Assembly (NCBI GenBank): GCA_029561955.1
Contig: JAKQWO010000036.1
Location: forward strand, 27,814 to 91,813
DNA: 64,000 nt
Reading direction: 5' to 3'
DNA from: Candidatus Cloacimonadota bacterium
Lineage (GTDB): Bacteria; Cloacimonadota; Cloacimonadia; Cloacimonadales; Cloacimonadaceae
Part shown: one piece after another, positions 7,757 to 17,243 of the stretch
Position numbering within the stretch: position 1 is the first letter of the stretch
Layout: the number at the start of each line of letters is the position of its first letter
The notes under the pieces: generated by a model
Seen by the model: only the letters and a program-made list of their open reading frames with translations
The model's database searches: none
Told to the model about the DNA's origin: nothing
Program-made: the position numbers and the translations under genes

Positions 7757-9625
7757 CTACTTCTCCATCGGCACGACAATGCCTTTGATGATAATGTTTT
7801 GGAAGAAGATAAACACAGCCAAGGTGGGGATGGCGGCGATCACCAAGGCGGCATAACCAACGCTGCTGCTGGCTCTTTGCATCAGGTTGTAGATGTGCAC
7901 CATCAGCGTCCACATGGATTGATCCTGGCAGACGATGAAGGCGAAGAGGAAGTTGCGGTAGGCGGCATTAAAGGCACCTAAGGCGATCACGGCTAATATG
8001 GGTTTGGAGAGCTGGAGCGTGAATTGCCAAAAGAGGCGGAATTCTCCGGCACCGTCTAACATTGCACTTTCGTAGATTTCTTTGGGCAGGCTGTCGAAGA
8101 AGCCTTTGAGCAAAAAGATGAAGTAGCCATCCGCAGCAGCGGGCAGCACCAGAGCCCAGAAGGTGTTGAGCAGATTGAGCTTCTTGAGCATGAGGAAGTT
8201 GGGGATGGCCATCACCATCGCGGGGAAGGCCATGGTGAGCATGAAGAGCATGATGATCTGGTAGCTGAAGCGTGGTTTGAAGCGGGAAAGCGCATAAGCG
8301 GCCAGAGGGTTGACCGTGATGGCAAACAGGATGGAAAGCAGCACATATACAAGCGTATTGCGCAGGGAGTGAGCGTCGCTGAGCATCTGTTCCAGAGCCA
8401 TTTTATAGTTGCGGGTGATGAATTCCCAACGGATGCTGCCCTTGCGATCTTTGAAGCTGTAATAGTCCATCTCCTTGCTGGGGAAGCTGATCTCTTGCCA
8501 GTCTTGCAGGCTCATGCCCCAGGCAAGGTTGAGGGAGTCGAGGCTGCCATATTTGCGTCTCAGGAAGTTACGGAAATCCTGGGCCAGGTTTTTGATCCTG
8601 ATCTGATGGGGCAGGGCTTTGTTTTGGATGAAGTGCACCAAGTCTTCCACCAAGGCACCGCTATCCGGCAGTTGGGATGGGATCTGCACCTGGTCAAAGG
8701 AGGTGTAGGAGCTGCCGTAGGTCTGGTTGAGGGCGGCGATGGTCTCATATTTCTGCTGTAGTCCGGCTCGGAAGGGGGCGAGGGCGTCCTCGGAGATGTC
8801 CAAGTGATGCACGTTGATGGCGTTTTTGGCGGTGTGGAGCCAGGCTTCCCTCAGTGGATGTCCTGCGGGCGGACAGCTCTCGGGCAATTTGAGCTGGTCA
8901 AAAGAGCTGTAAGAACTTCCCAAAAGCCGGTTAAGTTTGTTCAGATCGCCGTTTACCATGGGGATGACTTCGCTATTGACGAAGAAGCCATCAGGGTTGA
9001 TGAAGAGCTTTTGCTGCAGCGGACGGGATTCTTTGAACTGGCGGAAGCGTCCCAGATAGCCTTCAGTGGAGCTGGTGAAGATGCGCCCCATGATCTCCTT
9101 TTCTTCCACGCTGATCTCTTCCCAACTGACTGCGCCGGTGCCGTATTTGCGGTTGAATTCGACTAACGAGTTGTCGTTTTCCTCACGCAGGATTTTGCGG
9201 TATTGACGCTGCGCCAAGGGATAGACGCCACGGCCATAGTGTTCGGCCACGTAATAGTGGTAGACGCCGTATTCGGCCTTGGTGATAAACTCTTGCCAAT
9301 CCTGGTAGATAGCGGGGTTGGCGTCCTGAGGTAAGGTCACTTCGGCAAAGGAAATCCAGGATCCGGGGTAGTTGTCCATCAAGCGGCTGCTTTCCTCGTT
9401 GTAACGGCTTTCCAGATACTTTTTGTAGAGGGCTTCATCGCTGTAGAGGTAGGCCGGAATGAGCTCCATGCGGGTGCTGTCCACGGCACTTTTGATGGAG
9501 GAGGAGAGCATCAGCACAAAGGGGTAGATCATGGTGATGGAGCCAAGGATCAGCAGCAGATGGATGCAGAGGTTGAGGATGCGGGTTTTGGGGTCTTTGC
9601 GTGCTACTTTGCCGATGATGCTCAT
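7757..9625 (-). CDS. Carbohydrate-type ABC transporter permease (MalG-like) with a ~390-aa extracytoplasmic insertion
   Basis: C-terminal EAA loop 'EIYESAMLDGAGEFRLFWQFTLQLSKP'. One N-terminal TM segment, then a long soluble segment, then further TM segments. Confidence 0.8.
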   Translation of the reverse strand: MSIIGKVARKDPKTRILNLCIHLLLILGSITMIYPFVLMLSSSIKSAVDSTRMELIPAYLYSDEALYKKYLESRYNEESSRLMDNYPGSWISFAEVTLPQDANPAIYQDWQEFITKAEYGVYHYYVAEHYGRGVYPLAQRQYRKILREENDNSLVEFNRKYGTGAVSWEEISVEEKEIMGRIFTSSTEGYLGRFRQFKESRPLQQKLFINPDGFFVNSEVIPMVNGDLNKLNRLLGSSYSSFDQLKLPESCPPAGHPLREAWLHTAKNAINVHHLDISEDALAPFRAGLQQKYETIAALNQTYGSSYTSFDQVQIPSQLPDSGALVEDLVHFIQNKALPHQIRIKNLAQDFRNFLRRKYGSLDSLNLAWGMSLQDWQEISFPSKEMDYYSFKDRKGSIRWEFITRNYKMALEQMLSDAHSLRNTLVYVLLSILFAITVNPLAAYALSRFKPRFSYQIIMLFMLTMAFPAMVMAIPNFLMLKKLNLLNTFWALVLPAAADGYFIFLLKGFFDSLPKEIYESAMLDGAGEFRLFWQFTLQLSKPILAVIALGAFNAAYRNFLFAFIVCQDQSMWTLMVHIYNLMQRASSSVGYAALVIAAIPTLAVFIFFQNIIIKGIVVPMEK

Positions 9626-12060
9626 TGGTCGTCTCCGCTTGCCACTCTGGACTCCATGCGGGAGATGTGTTTGATCTGCATGACGGTAAAGCCCATCAGC
9701 ATCAGGCTGAGCAGCCAGGCCATGGTGGTGGCAAGGCCAAATTTGAGGTAGAGGTAGGCCTTCTCAAAGATGAGCAGGTCTGCCACGCGGGTGGCTTCGT
9801 TGGGGCCGCCGAAGGTCATCACCAAGATGAAGTCGCTGGATTGGGCGGCGATGATGAAGGCGGCGATGAGTTGGATGATGATCAGGGCTTTGAGGCTGGG
9901 GAAAACGATGTGCCGCAGTTTGGCAAAGAAGCCGGCACCATCGATGTCTGCCGCTTCGTAAAGTTCGTTGGGGATGTTCTTTAGGGCTGCCAGGTAGATA
10001 AGGGAACCGGGGCCAATGCCTGCCCAGATACCGGGTAAAACCACGCAAAGCATGGCCAGCTTTTCGTCTTGAATCCACTGGCTTTTGGGGAGACCCAAGG
10101 CCATCAGGATTTGGTTGAGTGCACCTGCATCGCCGGGGTTGTAAAGCAGCTTCCATAGGTAGATTACGATCACGCCACTGATCACGGCGGGCAGGTAAAA
10201 GATCACGCGGTAGATGAGTTTGCCGTGGGAAACTTCCTGCAACATGATGGCCAGGACGATGGAAGGCCAAAAGCCGAGGCCGATGGATAAAGCCATGAAA
10301 TACAAGGTTCTGCCTACGCTGGCCCACCAGGTGGCGTCGAAGAGGACTTCGGCCAGATTGCCAAAACCAACCCAGGGGCTGTGGCCTACGAGCTTGTAGT
10401 CCTGTGCGGCCATCACGGAGCCGGAGATCAGCGGCACGTATTTCCACATGAAGATACTGATCACGGCGGGAGCTAAGAGGATGACGATCCAGAAGGTGCG
10501 GCGGGAGCTTTTGCTGTGGGTGATGCGGTGTTCGGGAGTGAGGATTTTCCATACTTTCCAGAGGGTGAAGCCAAAGGCAAAGAGGATGAGGGCGGCGATC
10601 ACAGCGGCTAAACGCTCTCGCTTGATCTTCTCTGCCTTGGGCAGGATGCCGATCATCTCTTTATTTGTGCGGTCTTGGGCAGCTTGCAGGATTTTGAGGA
10701 TGTTGGCTCTGCGGATCTGGGGATCGGTGCCCAATTTGCCGCTGCGATCCAGCTTGATCAGCTCCTCCAGGGGGTAGGTCATGAATTCGTAGACCTTCTG
10801 ACAGTTGTCGCCAAAGGGTTCGGGTTTGCCCTCGTTCATGGCGGTTTGGAAGGTCTCCAGCCAGCCTGCGGGGGAGTGGCGCAGCAGCTCATCGTAGCCG
10901 TAACGCTTGAGGAAGACAGGGTTTTGCACGCGGCCGTAGCCGTTTTCCACCATCACCTTGAGGCGGATCTTGCGGGCTTCCTCGCTATCGTAAAACTTGA
11001 TGTATTCCCAGGCGGCCTGACGAACTTCGGCGGCGTTCCTATCGCCCAAACCGGCGTTGTTGCTGATGCCCGCGCCGCTGAAGATGCCCATCATGCGGCA
11101 GTTGATCTCGCTGCCACCCTTGCCGGCGGGGCCTTGGGGAGCAGGAGCAAAGCCGTAGAGGTTGGGGTCGTAGCGTCCGCCCATGTTTTGCTGGGAGAGG
11201 TAGTCCATGCGCATGGCGATCTTACCTTCCGTCCAGTAGTAGCCCCAGTCGCCATCCCGCATGGAATAGCCCTCTTGGGGGCGGCCATGCTTGTCTGTCC
11301 AGGGGGTGTTGAGGATTTTGAGGTAGTATTCTGCGGCGTCCACGCCTGCTTCGGAGGCGAAAGCGGCTTTCCACTGCTGGGCTGCTTCATCCCAGACAAC
11401 CGCATCGCCGCCAGCAGCCCAGAGCAAGGGTAGCCAATCGTAGGCGGCTTGAGGGCCGGAGGCCAAAACGGTGCCATAGTAGTTGGTGGCGGGATCGCTG
11501 AGCTGGGCGGCATATTGCATGAATTCATCCCAGTCTTTTGGGGAGCGGTTGGGGTCTAAACCTGCCTTCTTGAAGACATCCTTGCGATACATGAGCACGC
11601 GCACCAAGGTCTCGTAAGGCAAAATCCAAATCTTCTCCTCATCTTTGCCCTTCTGCTTGCGCTTGATTACCTGCCAGACAGGCTTTTCCACTCGGAGCTT
11701 GAGCAGTTCGGAGTCCTCCTTGGCGATGAATTCGTCCAGAGGGTAAAGGAAGTTGTTTTGGATGTAAGTGTCGCTTTGGCGGAAGTTTACATAGAGGATG
11801 TCGGGTGCCACACCGCCGGCGATGGCCATGAGAGGAGCGGCGTCTAAATCCATCTTGTCGATCTTGATACCGGAAAAGGCGCGCAGCTCGATGTGGGGAA
11901 ACTTCTTTTTGAAAGCTTGCACCACGGCGGCATTTGCTTTGGAAGCAGCATCCGTGGCACGTGGGTCTGGCAGCTCAAAGACTTTGAGCACCACCGCTGA
12001 AAGCTGGGCGAGTGTGCTCAGCAGCAGGATGATAAACCAGATTCTACAAGCTTTCTGCAT
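9622..12060 (-). CDS. Fusion of an extracellular solute-binding protein and a MalF-like ABC permease, 812 aa
   Basis: Signal anchor, ~470-aa family-1 SBP-like region, then TM segments with EAA loop 'ELYEAADIDGAGFFAKLRHIVFPSLK'. 4-nt overlap with the downstream permease. Confidence 0.75.
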   Translation of the reverse strand: MQKACRIWFIILLLSTLAQLSAVVLKVFELPDPRATDAASKANAAVVQAFKKKFPHIELRAFSGIKIDKMDLDAAPLMAIAGGVAPDILYVNFRQSDTYIQNNFLYPLDEFIAKEDSELLKLRVEKPVWQVIKRKQKGKDEEKIWILPYETLVRVLMYRKDVFKKAGLDPNRSPKDWDEFMQYAAQLSDPATNYYGTVLASGPQAAYDWLPLLWAAGGDAVVWDEAAQQWKAAFASEAGVDAAEYYLKILNTPWTDKHGRPQEGYSMRDGDWGYYWTEGKIAMRMDYLSQQNMGGRYDPNLYGFAPAPQGPAGKGGSEINCRMMGIFSGAGISNNAGLGDRNAAEVRQAAWEYIKFYDSEEARKIRLKVMVENGYGRVQNPVFLKRYGYDELLRHSPAGWLETFQTAMNEGKPEPFGDNCQKVYEFMTYPLEELIKLDRSGKLGTDPQIRRANILKILQAAQDRTNKEMIGILPKAEKIKRERLAAVIAALILFAFGFTLWKVWKILTPEHRITHSKSSRRTFWIVILLAPAVISIFMWKYVPLISGSVMAAQDYKLVGHSPWVGFGNLAEVLFDATWWASVGRTLYFMALSIGLGFWPSIVLAIMLQEVSHGKLIYRVIFYLPAVISGVIVIYLWKLLYNPGDAGALNQILMALGLPKSQWIQDEKLAMLCVVLPGIWAGIGPGSLIYLAALKNIPNELYEAADIDGAGFFAKLRHIVFPSLKALIIIQLIAAFIIAAQSSDFILVMTFGGPNEATRVADLLIFEKAYLYLKFGLATTMAWLLSLMLMGFTVMQIKHISRMESRVASGDDQ

Positions 12061-12073
12061 GGGTGTTTTCTAC

Positions 12074-13384
12074 TTAGGGGTACATTCCGAGGATGATCTC
12101 TTGAGCGGGTGTTTGCTGAGGAGCGATCTTGTAGGCGGCAGCGATGGCTGAGGCGGCTGCCTGGCCTGCTTTCTCGTCGTTGCTCAAGACGGTGCCGATC
12201 ACTTCGCCTGTTTGCACTTCGTCGCCGATCTTGCGCTCTAAATAAGCTCCGGCACAGGGATCGAGGCTGTCGGTCACTTTCATGCGTCCGGCCTTTATTC
12301 TCACCAGAGCGTAGCCGATGGCGCGGGAGTCGATCTGCGCTATCCAGCCGGAAGAGGGGGCTTTGACGGGGATTTCATACTTGGCGGTTCCTAAGAGGGA
12401 GTAGTCATCAAGAACCTTGGGGTTGCCGTTTTGGGCGATGATGATCTCTTCAAACTTGGCCAAGGCTTTGCCGTTTGCCGCTACTTCATTGATGGCGGTA
12501 ACCGCTTGGCTTTCATCCGTATACATGCCCGCCAAGAGCAGCATCTGGCTGACTAACTTGGTGGTGATGGCGTAGGTGTCCGGCAGGTAATTGCCTTTGA
12601 GGTATTCGATTGCCTCGGCTGTCTCGATGGCGTTTCCTACCGCTCTGCCCAGGGGTGTATTCATGTTGGTGAAGACTACCTGCACCTTCTGGCCAAAGCT
12701 GCGTCCGGTTTCAACCAGGCTCTGGGCGAGCTCTTGGGCACGCTTGAGATTGGGCATAAAGGCGCCGCTGCCTACTTTGAGGTCGATCACCAGATACTTT
12801 GCGCCTTCAGCGATCTTCTTGCTCATGATGGAGGCGGTGATCAGGCCGGGGTTTTCCACGGTGGCGGTCACGTCACGCAGTGCGTAAATCTTCTTATCGG
12901 CAGGAACTAAGGCATCGGATTGTCCCACAAGGGCATAGCCGTGCTTCATCACGAGATCGTAGAGCTCTTGCATCTCGTAGGCGGTTTGGAAGCCGGGGAT
13001 GGTCTCCAGTTTGTCCAAAGTGCCGCCGGTGTGACCCAAGCCACGTCCGGAAATCATCGGCACATACAGTCCCAGAGCGGCGGCAATGGGAGCCAACATG
13101 ATGCTGATTTTGTCGCCCACGCCTCCGGTGGAGTGTTTGTCCGCTACGGGCAGGGCGGGATCGAATTGCAGGCTTTCGCCGCTTTCTATATAGCTTCTGG
13201 TGAAGGCTTTGGTTTCTTCTATGTTCAGTCCTTGAAAGAAGCAGCTCATGAGCAGGGCGCTCATCTGGTAATCGGCGATGCTGCCATCCAGAAAGCCTTT
13301 GATGAAGAAGCTGACTTCGTTTTCATCCAGGGAGTAGCCGTCTCTTTTCTTGAGAATCAGCTCTACGGGATTGTATTTAGCCAT
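12074..13384 (-). CDS. deoA: Thymidine / pyrimidine-nucleoside phosphorylase
   Basis: 'DKHSTGGVGDK' and 'MSALLMSCFFQGL'. I placed the start at ATG 13384 (MAKYNPVE), preceded by AAGGAG, rather than the ORF-track start at 13429. Confidence 0.85.
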   Translation of the reverse strand: MAKYNPVELILKKRDGYSLDENEVSFFIKGFLDGSIADYQMSALLMSCFFQGLNIEETKAFTRSYIESGESLQFDPALPVADKHSTGGVGDKISIMLAPIAAALGLYVPMISGRGLGHTGGTLDKLETIPGFQTAYEMQELYDLVMKHGYALVGQSDALVPADKKIYALRDVTATVENPGLITASIMSKKIAEGAKYLVIDLKVGSGAFMPNLKRAQELAQSLVETGRSFGQKVQVVFTNMNTPLGRAVGNAIETAEAIEYLKGNYLPDTYAITTKLVSQMLLLAGMYTDESQAVTAINEVAANGKALAKFEEIIIAQNGNPKVLDDYSLLGTAKYEIPVKAPSSGWIAQIDSRAIGYALVRIKAGRMKVTDSLDPCAGAYLERKIGDEVQTGEVIGTVLSNDEKAGQAAASAIAAAYKIAPQQTPAQEIILGMYP

Positions 13385-13394
13385 TGATATCTCC

Positions 13395-14366
13395 TTAATT
13401 GGCAATGAGTTTCTCGCGGATGTGAGCACTGAACATATCCATTACCCACACCACTAATGCGATCAGCCACATGATGAGCCCTACATTCCGCCAAGCCAAA
13501 AGCTGTTGTTCCTGATACAGAGCCAGTCCGATACCGCCGCCACCCACAAAGCCGACGATGGTAGCCATGCGGATATTGATGTCCCAGCGGTAGATGGTGA
13601 AAGCCAGGTAGGGAGCCAGTATCTGAGGTGTTACACCATAGCGCCAGACCTGCAGTGTCGAGGCTCCGGTAGCGCGGATGGCTTCCACAGGACCGGGATC
13701 GATGTTCTCGATCTGTTCGCTGTAAAGCTTTACCAGCGATGCGATACTGTGAATCCAAAGCGCCAACATGCCGGCAAAAGGCCCGATGCCCACCCACACG
13801 CAGAAGATGATCGCCCACACGATGGCTTCGATGGAGCGGAACACGGTGGAAATGGTGCGGATGATCACATAGACGATGCGTCCCGGGATGGAACCATACA
13901 TGAGGTTTTTGGCGGCTAAAAAGCTGAGCACAAAGGAGAAAGGCAGCGCAAACACGGTAGCCAGCAGCGCCAGGTAGATGGTCTCGATCAAAGCACCAAG
14001 CATGGGCACCAACTGCTTGAAATTGGGATTGAAGATGCCTTTGATGATGCCCTGGGTGTTGGCTGCTTGCGTGATGAAGGCGATGGGCTTGACATCCACG
14101 ATGATCCAGCCCATCACAAAGCTGATAGCCAAAGCCAGCACCATCTCATAGATCCAAAGCTTGGATTTGCCCTCAGTTTCTCCCAATATCTTGGCGGCAA
14201 GGTTGTTTTTGAACAAAGTGAAAATGCCGGCCAAGAGCAAAGGCGTCAACAGGATAACAGCCGCGGGCACATGACGCTCAGCCAAGCGCCAGAGCAGCCA
14301 GCTCACGCAGGCCAGGTTGTAGAGCCAGAGGCAATACTCAACGGATAAAATCTTAAACTTCTTCAT
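13395..14366 (-). CDS. PhnE-like ABC transporter permease
   Basis: 'PVEAIRATGASTLQVWRYGVTPQILAPYLAF' plus a multi-TM profile. Confidence 0.7.
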   Translation of the reverse strand: MKKFKILSVEYCLWLYNLACVSWLLWRLAERHVPAAVILLTPLLLAGIFTLFKNNLAAKILGETEGKSKLWIYEMVLALAISFVMGWIIVDVKPIAFITQAANTQGIIKGIFNPNFKQLVPMLGALIETIYLALLATVFALPFSFVLSFLAAKNLMYGSIPGRIVYVIIRTISTVFRSIEAIVWAIIFCVWVGIGPFAGMLALWIHSIASLVKLYSEQIENIDPGPVEAIRATGASTLQVWRYGVTPQILAPYLAFTIYRWDINIRMATIVGFVGGGGIGLALYQEQQLLAWRNVGLIMWLIALVVWVMDMFSAHIREKLIAN

Positions 14367-14419
14367 GGGTGTGATAAGACAGAGCGCTGCTAAAATGTCA
14401 AGCGATTAGTGATCGTGCT

Positions 14420-15355
14420 TTAGCTATCCTCTTGTGGTGGCTCAAGTTCTACATCTTGAGGCAGGGGCAGATCGGGCAGTTGTTTCATGCGTTTACGCTT
14501 TATGATGTAGGCGATGAGCAGCACTAAGGGCAACAGCGAAAAGATGAGGGAATTGACGCCGATAAAGAGGTATTTCCAGGCCTTTTGTTTCAGGTAATCC
14601 TGATAATGGCGGTTGAAATCAAAGAGGGTGGTATGGAAACTGTAGTTAAACGCAGCGATGAAGGGCGTCTTTTGGCCTGCTTTATAGGTGCTGGAGGTGA
14701 TATGCCAGAAGGTCTTCCAGCCCTCCGGATAGTTTTCTTGGAGGTAAGTGACGGCAAAGAGGCTTGAGAGATAGTAGCTCTGCCACTGGGCGGGACTTTC
14801 GGGGTATTGATAGCCCATTCTGAAGAGGTCTGCCAGAGTGCCAAAGAAGCAATCCCGCGTGAAATTGACATAGCTTTCGAGGCTGAGCTGATTGGCAAAG
14901 AGGCAGGCCATTCCTTCATGAAACCAAAGTGTAGCGCCATCAAAGAGCTGATCCAGATACCAGTGAGTGTATTCATGGATAAGCACCTTGATGTAGTTGC
15001 CCTTGAGGCTCTCCAAAGGCTTTACCCAGACTCTTTTCTCGTAGCTGCTATAGAAGGCATCGCTAAACTCTACGATCCCCTGATGCTCCTGTGTGAGCAG
15101 CTTGTAAGCCTGATCATCGCCCACGATATAGATATCCGGCCCACCATCGACGTAGACACCGGTCTGCATCTGTATCTCATCGATGCCCTCGTCCAGCTCC
15201 TGTCTCAGCCGGAGCGTGGATTCGGCTGTCCTTCCGCTGCCGTAGATGCTCACATAGCGGCTTTTGGCGATGAGGCTGTATTCACCATTCAGACAAACAG
15301 CCAGCAGCAGAAAGAGCGAGAGTGCAAAGACAAATCTAACTTGAAAGCACCTCAT
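14420..15355 (-). CDS. Putative membrane-anchored zinc metallopeptidase (HExxH)
   Basis: 'VLIHEYTHWYL', N-terminal signal sequence and a C-terminal TM segment. Start moved to ATG 15355 because the track ORF (to 15580) overlaps the S4 gene. Confidence 0.55.
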   Translation of the reverse strand: MRCFQVRFVFALSLFLLLAVCLNGEYSLIAKSRYVSIYGSGRTAESTLRLRQELDEGIDEIQMQTGVYVDGGPDIYIVGDDQAYKLLTQEHQGIVEFSDAFYSSYEKRVWVKPLESLKGNYIKVLIHEYTHWYLDQLFDGATLWFHEGMACLFANQLSLESYVNFTRDCFFGTLADLFRMGYQYPESPAQWQSYYLSSLFAVTYLQENYPEGWKTFWHITSSTYKAGQKTPFIAAFNYSFHTTLFDFNRHYQDYLKQKAWKYLFIGVNSLIFSLLPLVLLIAYIIKRKRMKQLPDLPLPQDVELEPPQEDS

Positions 15356-15384
15356 ACACTCATTTCCCTCGCCGCAGTCCTGAT

Positions 15385-15645
15385 CTAAGCTATAGGCTCT
15401 CGACTCTGCAGGATGTAGAAGTTTGCCGCATCCTTTTTGGCGACGTTGCCTTCGGGGATCTTGAGGATCTTGATCTGATGGACGTGCGAATAGAGCGTGA
15501 GCTCGATCTGGTCTTCCTCTTTGACGATTGCTGAAGCCTTGGCTGGTTTGCCGTTGAGCTTGACCAAGCCCTTGTCGCAAGCAGTCTTGGCGATGCTGCG
15601 TGTCTTGGTGAGGCAGAGCTTATTCAAAAGCAGGTCGATTCGCAC
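15385..15645 (-). CDS. S4-domain RNA-binding protein (Hsp15-like)
   Basis: 'MRIDLLLNKLCLTKTRSIAKTACDKGLVKLNGKPAKAS' shows the S4 pattern. Confidence 0.7.
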   Translation of the reverse strand: MRIDLLLNKLCLTKTRSIAKTACDKGLVKLNGKPAKASAIVKEEDQIELTLYSHVHQIKILKIPEGNVAKKDAANFYILQSREPIA

Positions 15646-15656
15646 GTCTTCCTCTC

Positions 15657-16856
15657 TTAGCTCAGCAGGCGCATCGTCTCCAGAGCGATCATCAGCTCTT
15701 CGTTTGTGGGAACTTTCAGCACGCTCACCCTGCTCTCAGCGCTATTGAGCACCTCGATATTTCCAGTAAAGCGGGCATTCTTTTCCTGATCCAGACTGAT
15801 TCCCAGCGCATCCATATTCTCACAAACCTGAGCTCGCATGATGGGCATATTCTCACCCGCACCACCGGTAAAGACCAGCACATCCAGTCCGTTCATGGCG
15901 GCAAAGTAGGCGCCGATATACTTTTTGATGCGGTAGCAATAGACGTCATGAGCGGTGATCGCAGTTTGATTTTTGTCTTTGAGGATGGCGTCCTCGATCA
16001 CGCGCATATCGTTGGAAAGCTGAGAAAGGCCCAGCATGCCGCTCTTTTTGTTCATGATTCGGTTGACCTCATCCACATCCAAACCGAGGTTTTTCTGCAT
16101 GAGGATCACGATGCCGGGATCAAGATCGCCACAGCGCGTGCCCATCATCAAACCTTCCAGCGGCGTCATACCCATTGAGGTATCGATGCTGCGTCCCTTG
16201 TCGATTGCGGTCACTGAAGCGCCGTTTCCCAAGTGACAGGTGATGATCTTAAGCTCATTTATATCACGTCCCAGATACTCCGCTGCCTTCATGCTCACAT
16301 ACTTGTGCGAAGTGCCATGGAAGCCGTAGCGGCGTATCTTATGTTCTGTATAAAACTCCAAAGGCAGGGGATAGAGATAAGCCTGTGGAGGCATGGTTTG
16401 ATGGAAAGCGTTATCGAACACACCACACTGAGGCACCTCTGGAATGCTGGCCAAGACAGCCTCAATCCCTTTGATATTGGCTGGATTGTGCAAAGGCGCA
16501 AAGGGGATGCAATCCTGCAAAACCTGCTTCACATGCGGCGTGATCACCACAGCATCGCTATAATGCTCACCTGCATGCACCAATCTATGTCCCACCGCAT
16601 CTATCTCTTTGAGGCTGCCAATCACGCCATGCTCGCTATCTTGAAGCGCATTCAGGACAAGCTCCAAGCCACGCTCGTGATTATTGATCACCATTTCCTG
16701 TTTTTTCTTGGTATAAGCAGGGCTCTTATAGGTGAAAAGGGCAATATCCTCTCCGATACGTTCGACAATGCCATCCGCCAAAACGGACTCATCTTTCATA
16801 TTAAACAATTGATACTTGATGGAAGAACTTCCGCAGTTCAACACCAGAATGTTCAT
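15657..16856 (-). CDS. ackA: Acetate kinase
   Basis: 'MNILVLNCGSSSIKYQLF' and 'RYGFHGTSH'. Confidence 0.95.
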   Translation of the reverse strand: MNILVLNCGSSSIKYQLFNMKDESVLADGIVERIGEDIALFTYKSPAYTKKKQEMVINNHERGLELVLNALQDSEHGVIGSLKEIDAVGHRLVHAGEHYSDAVVITPHVKQVLQDCIPFAPLHNPANIKGIEAVLASIPEVPQCGVFDNAFHQTMPPQAYLYPLPLEFYTEHKIRRYGFHGTSHKYVSMKAAEYLGRDINELKIITCHLGNGASVTAIDKGRSIDTSMGMTPLEGLMMGTRCGDLDPGIVILMQKNLGLDVDEVNRIMNKKSGMLGLSQLSNDMRVIEDAILKDKNQTAITAHDVYCYRIKKYIGAYFAAMNGLDVLVFTGGAGENMPIMRAQVCENMDALGISLDQEKNARFTGNIEVLNSAESRVSVLKVPTNEELMIALETMRLLS

Positions 16857-16880
16857 TTATAGTTCCTCTCTTTTATCTAT

Positions 16881-16928
16881 GCTGCCCGCGTGGAGATTGC
16901 CTCCCGTGGGCAGCTTTTTTGGTTTTTT
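16881..16928 (+). terminator. Plus-strand intrinsic-terminator-like hairpin with no plus-strand gene upstream
   Basis: GCTGCCCGCG (16881-16890) pairs with CGTGGGCAGC (16905-16914) with one G-U pair. It is followed by TTTTTTGGTTTTTT. Confidence 0.45.
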
Positions 16929-16969
16929 AAAATCACGGCCTTTTGAAAAGCAGGGATTGAAAATCAGGA

Positions 16970-17046
16970 TGGTGGGTGATACTGGACTCGAACCAGTGAC
17001 CTCTACGATGTGAACGTAGCGCTCTAACCAACTGAGCTAATCACCC
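16970..17046 (-). tRNA. tRNA-Val (anticodon CAC), CCA encoded
   Basis: Reverse complement GGGTGATTAGCTCAGTTGGTTAGAGCGCTACGTTCACATCGTAGAGGTCACTGGTTCGAGTCCAGTATCACCCACCA folds as a cloverleaf. Anticodon loop is TTCACAT. Confidence 0.9.
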
Positions 17047-17058
17047 AATAAATAAGGA

Positions 17059-17136
<78 letters not shown>

Positions 17137-17243
17137 ACGTGTGATCAAGCTTTTTAAACTTATGGGATTTGTCAATATAATTCTTAAAATTGCCGTGAAA
17201 TGTGGCTTGAAAAGCGGAGCAGAAAGTCGATTATCCAACTCGA

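Noticed and set aside
9764-10552. 262-aa minus-strand ORF rich in Pro, Arg and His
   Set aside because: It is off-frame within the binding-protein-permease gene, whose own frame has ABC permease motifs. The composition is typical of a shifted GC-rich frame.
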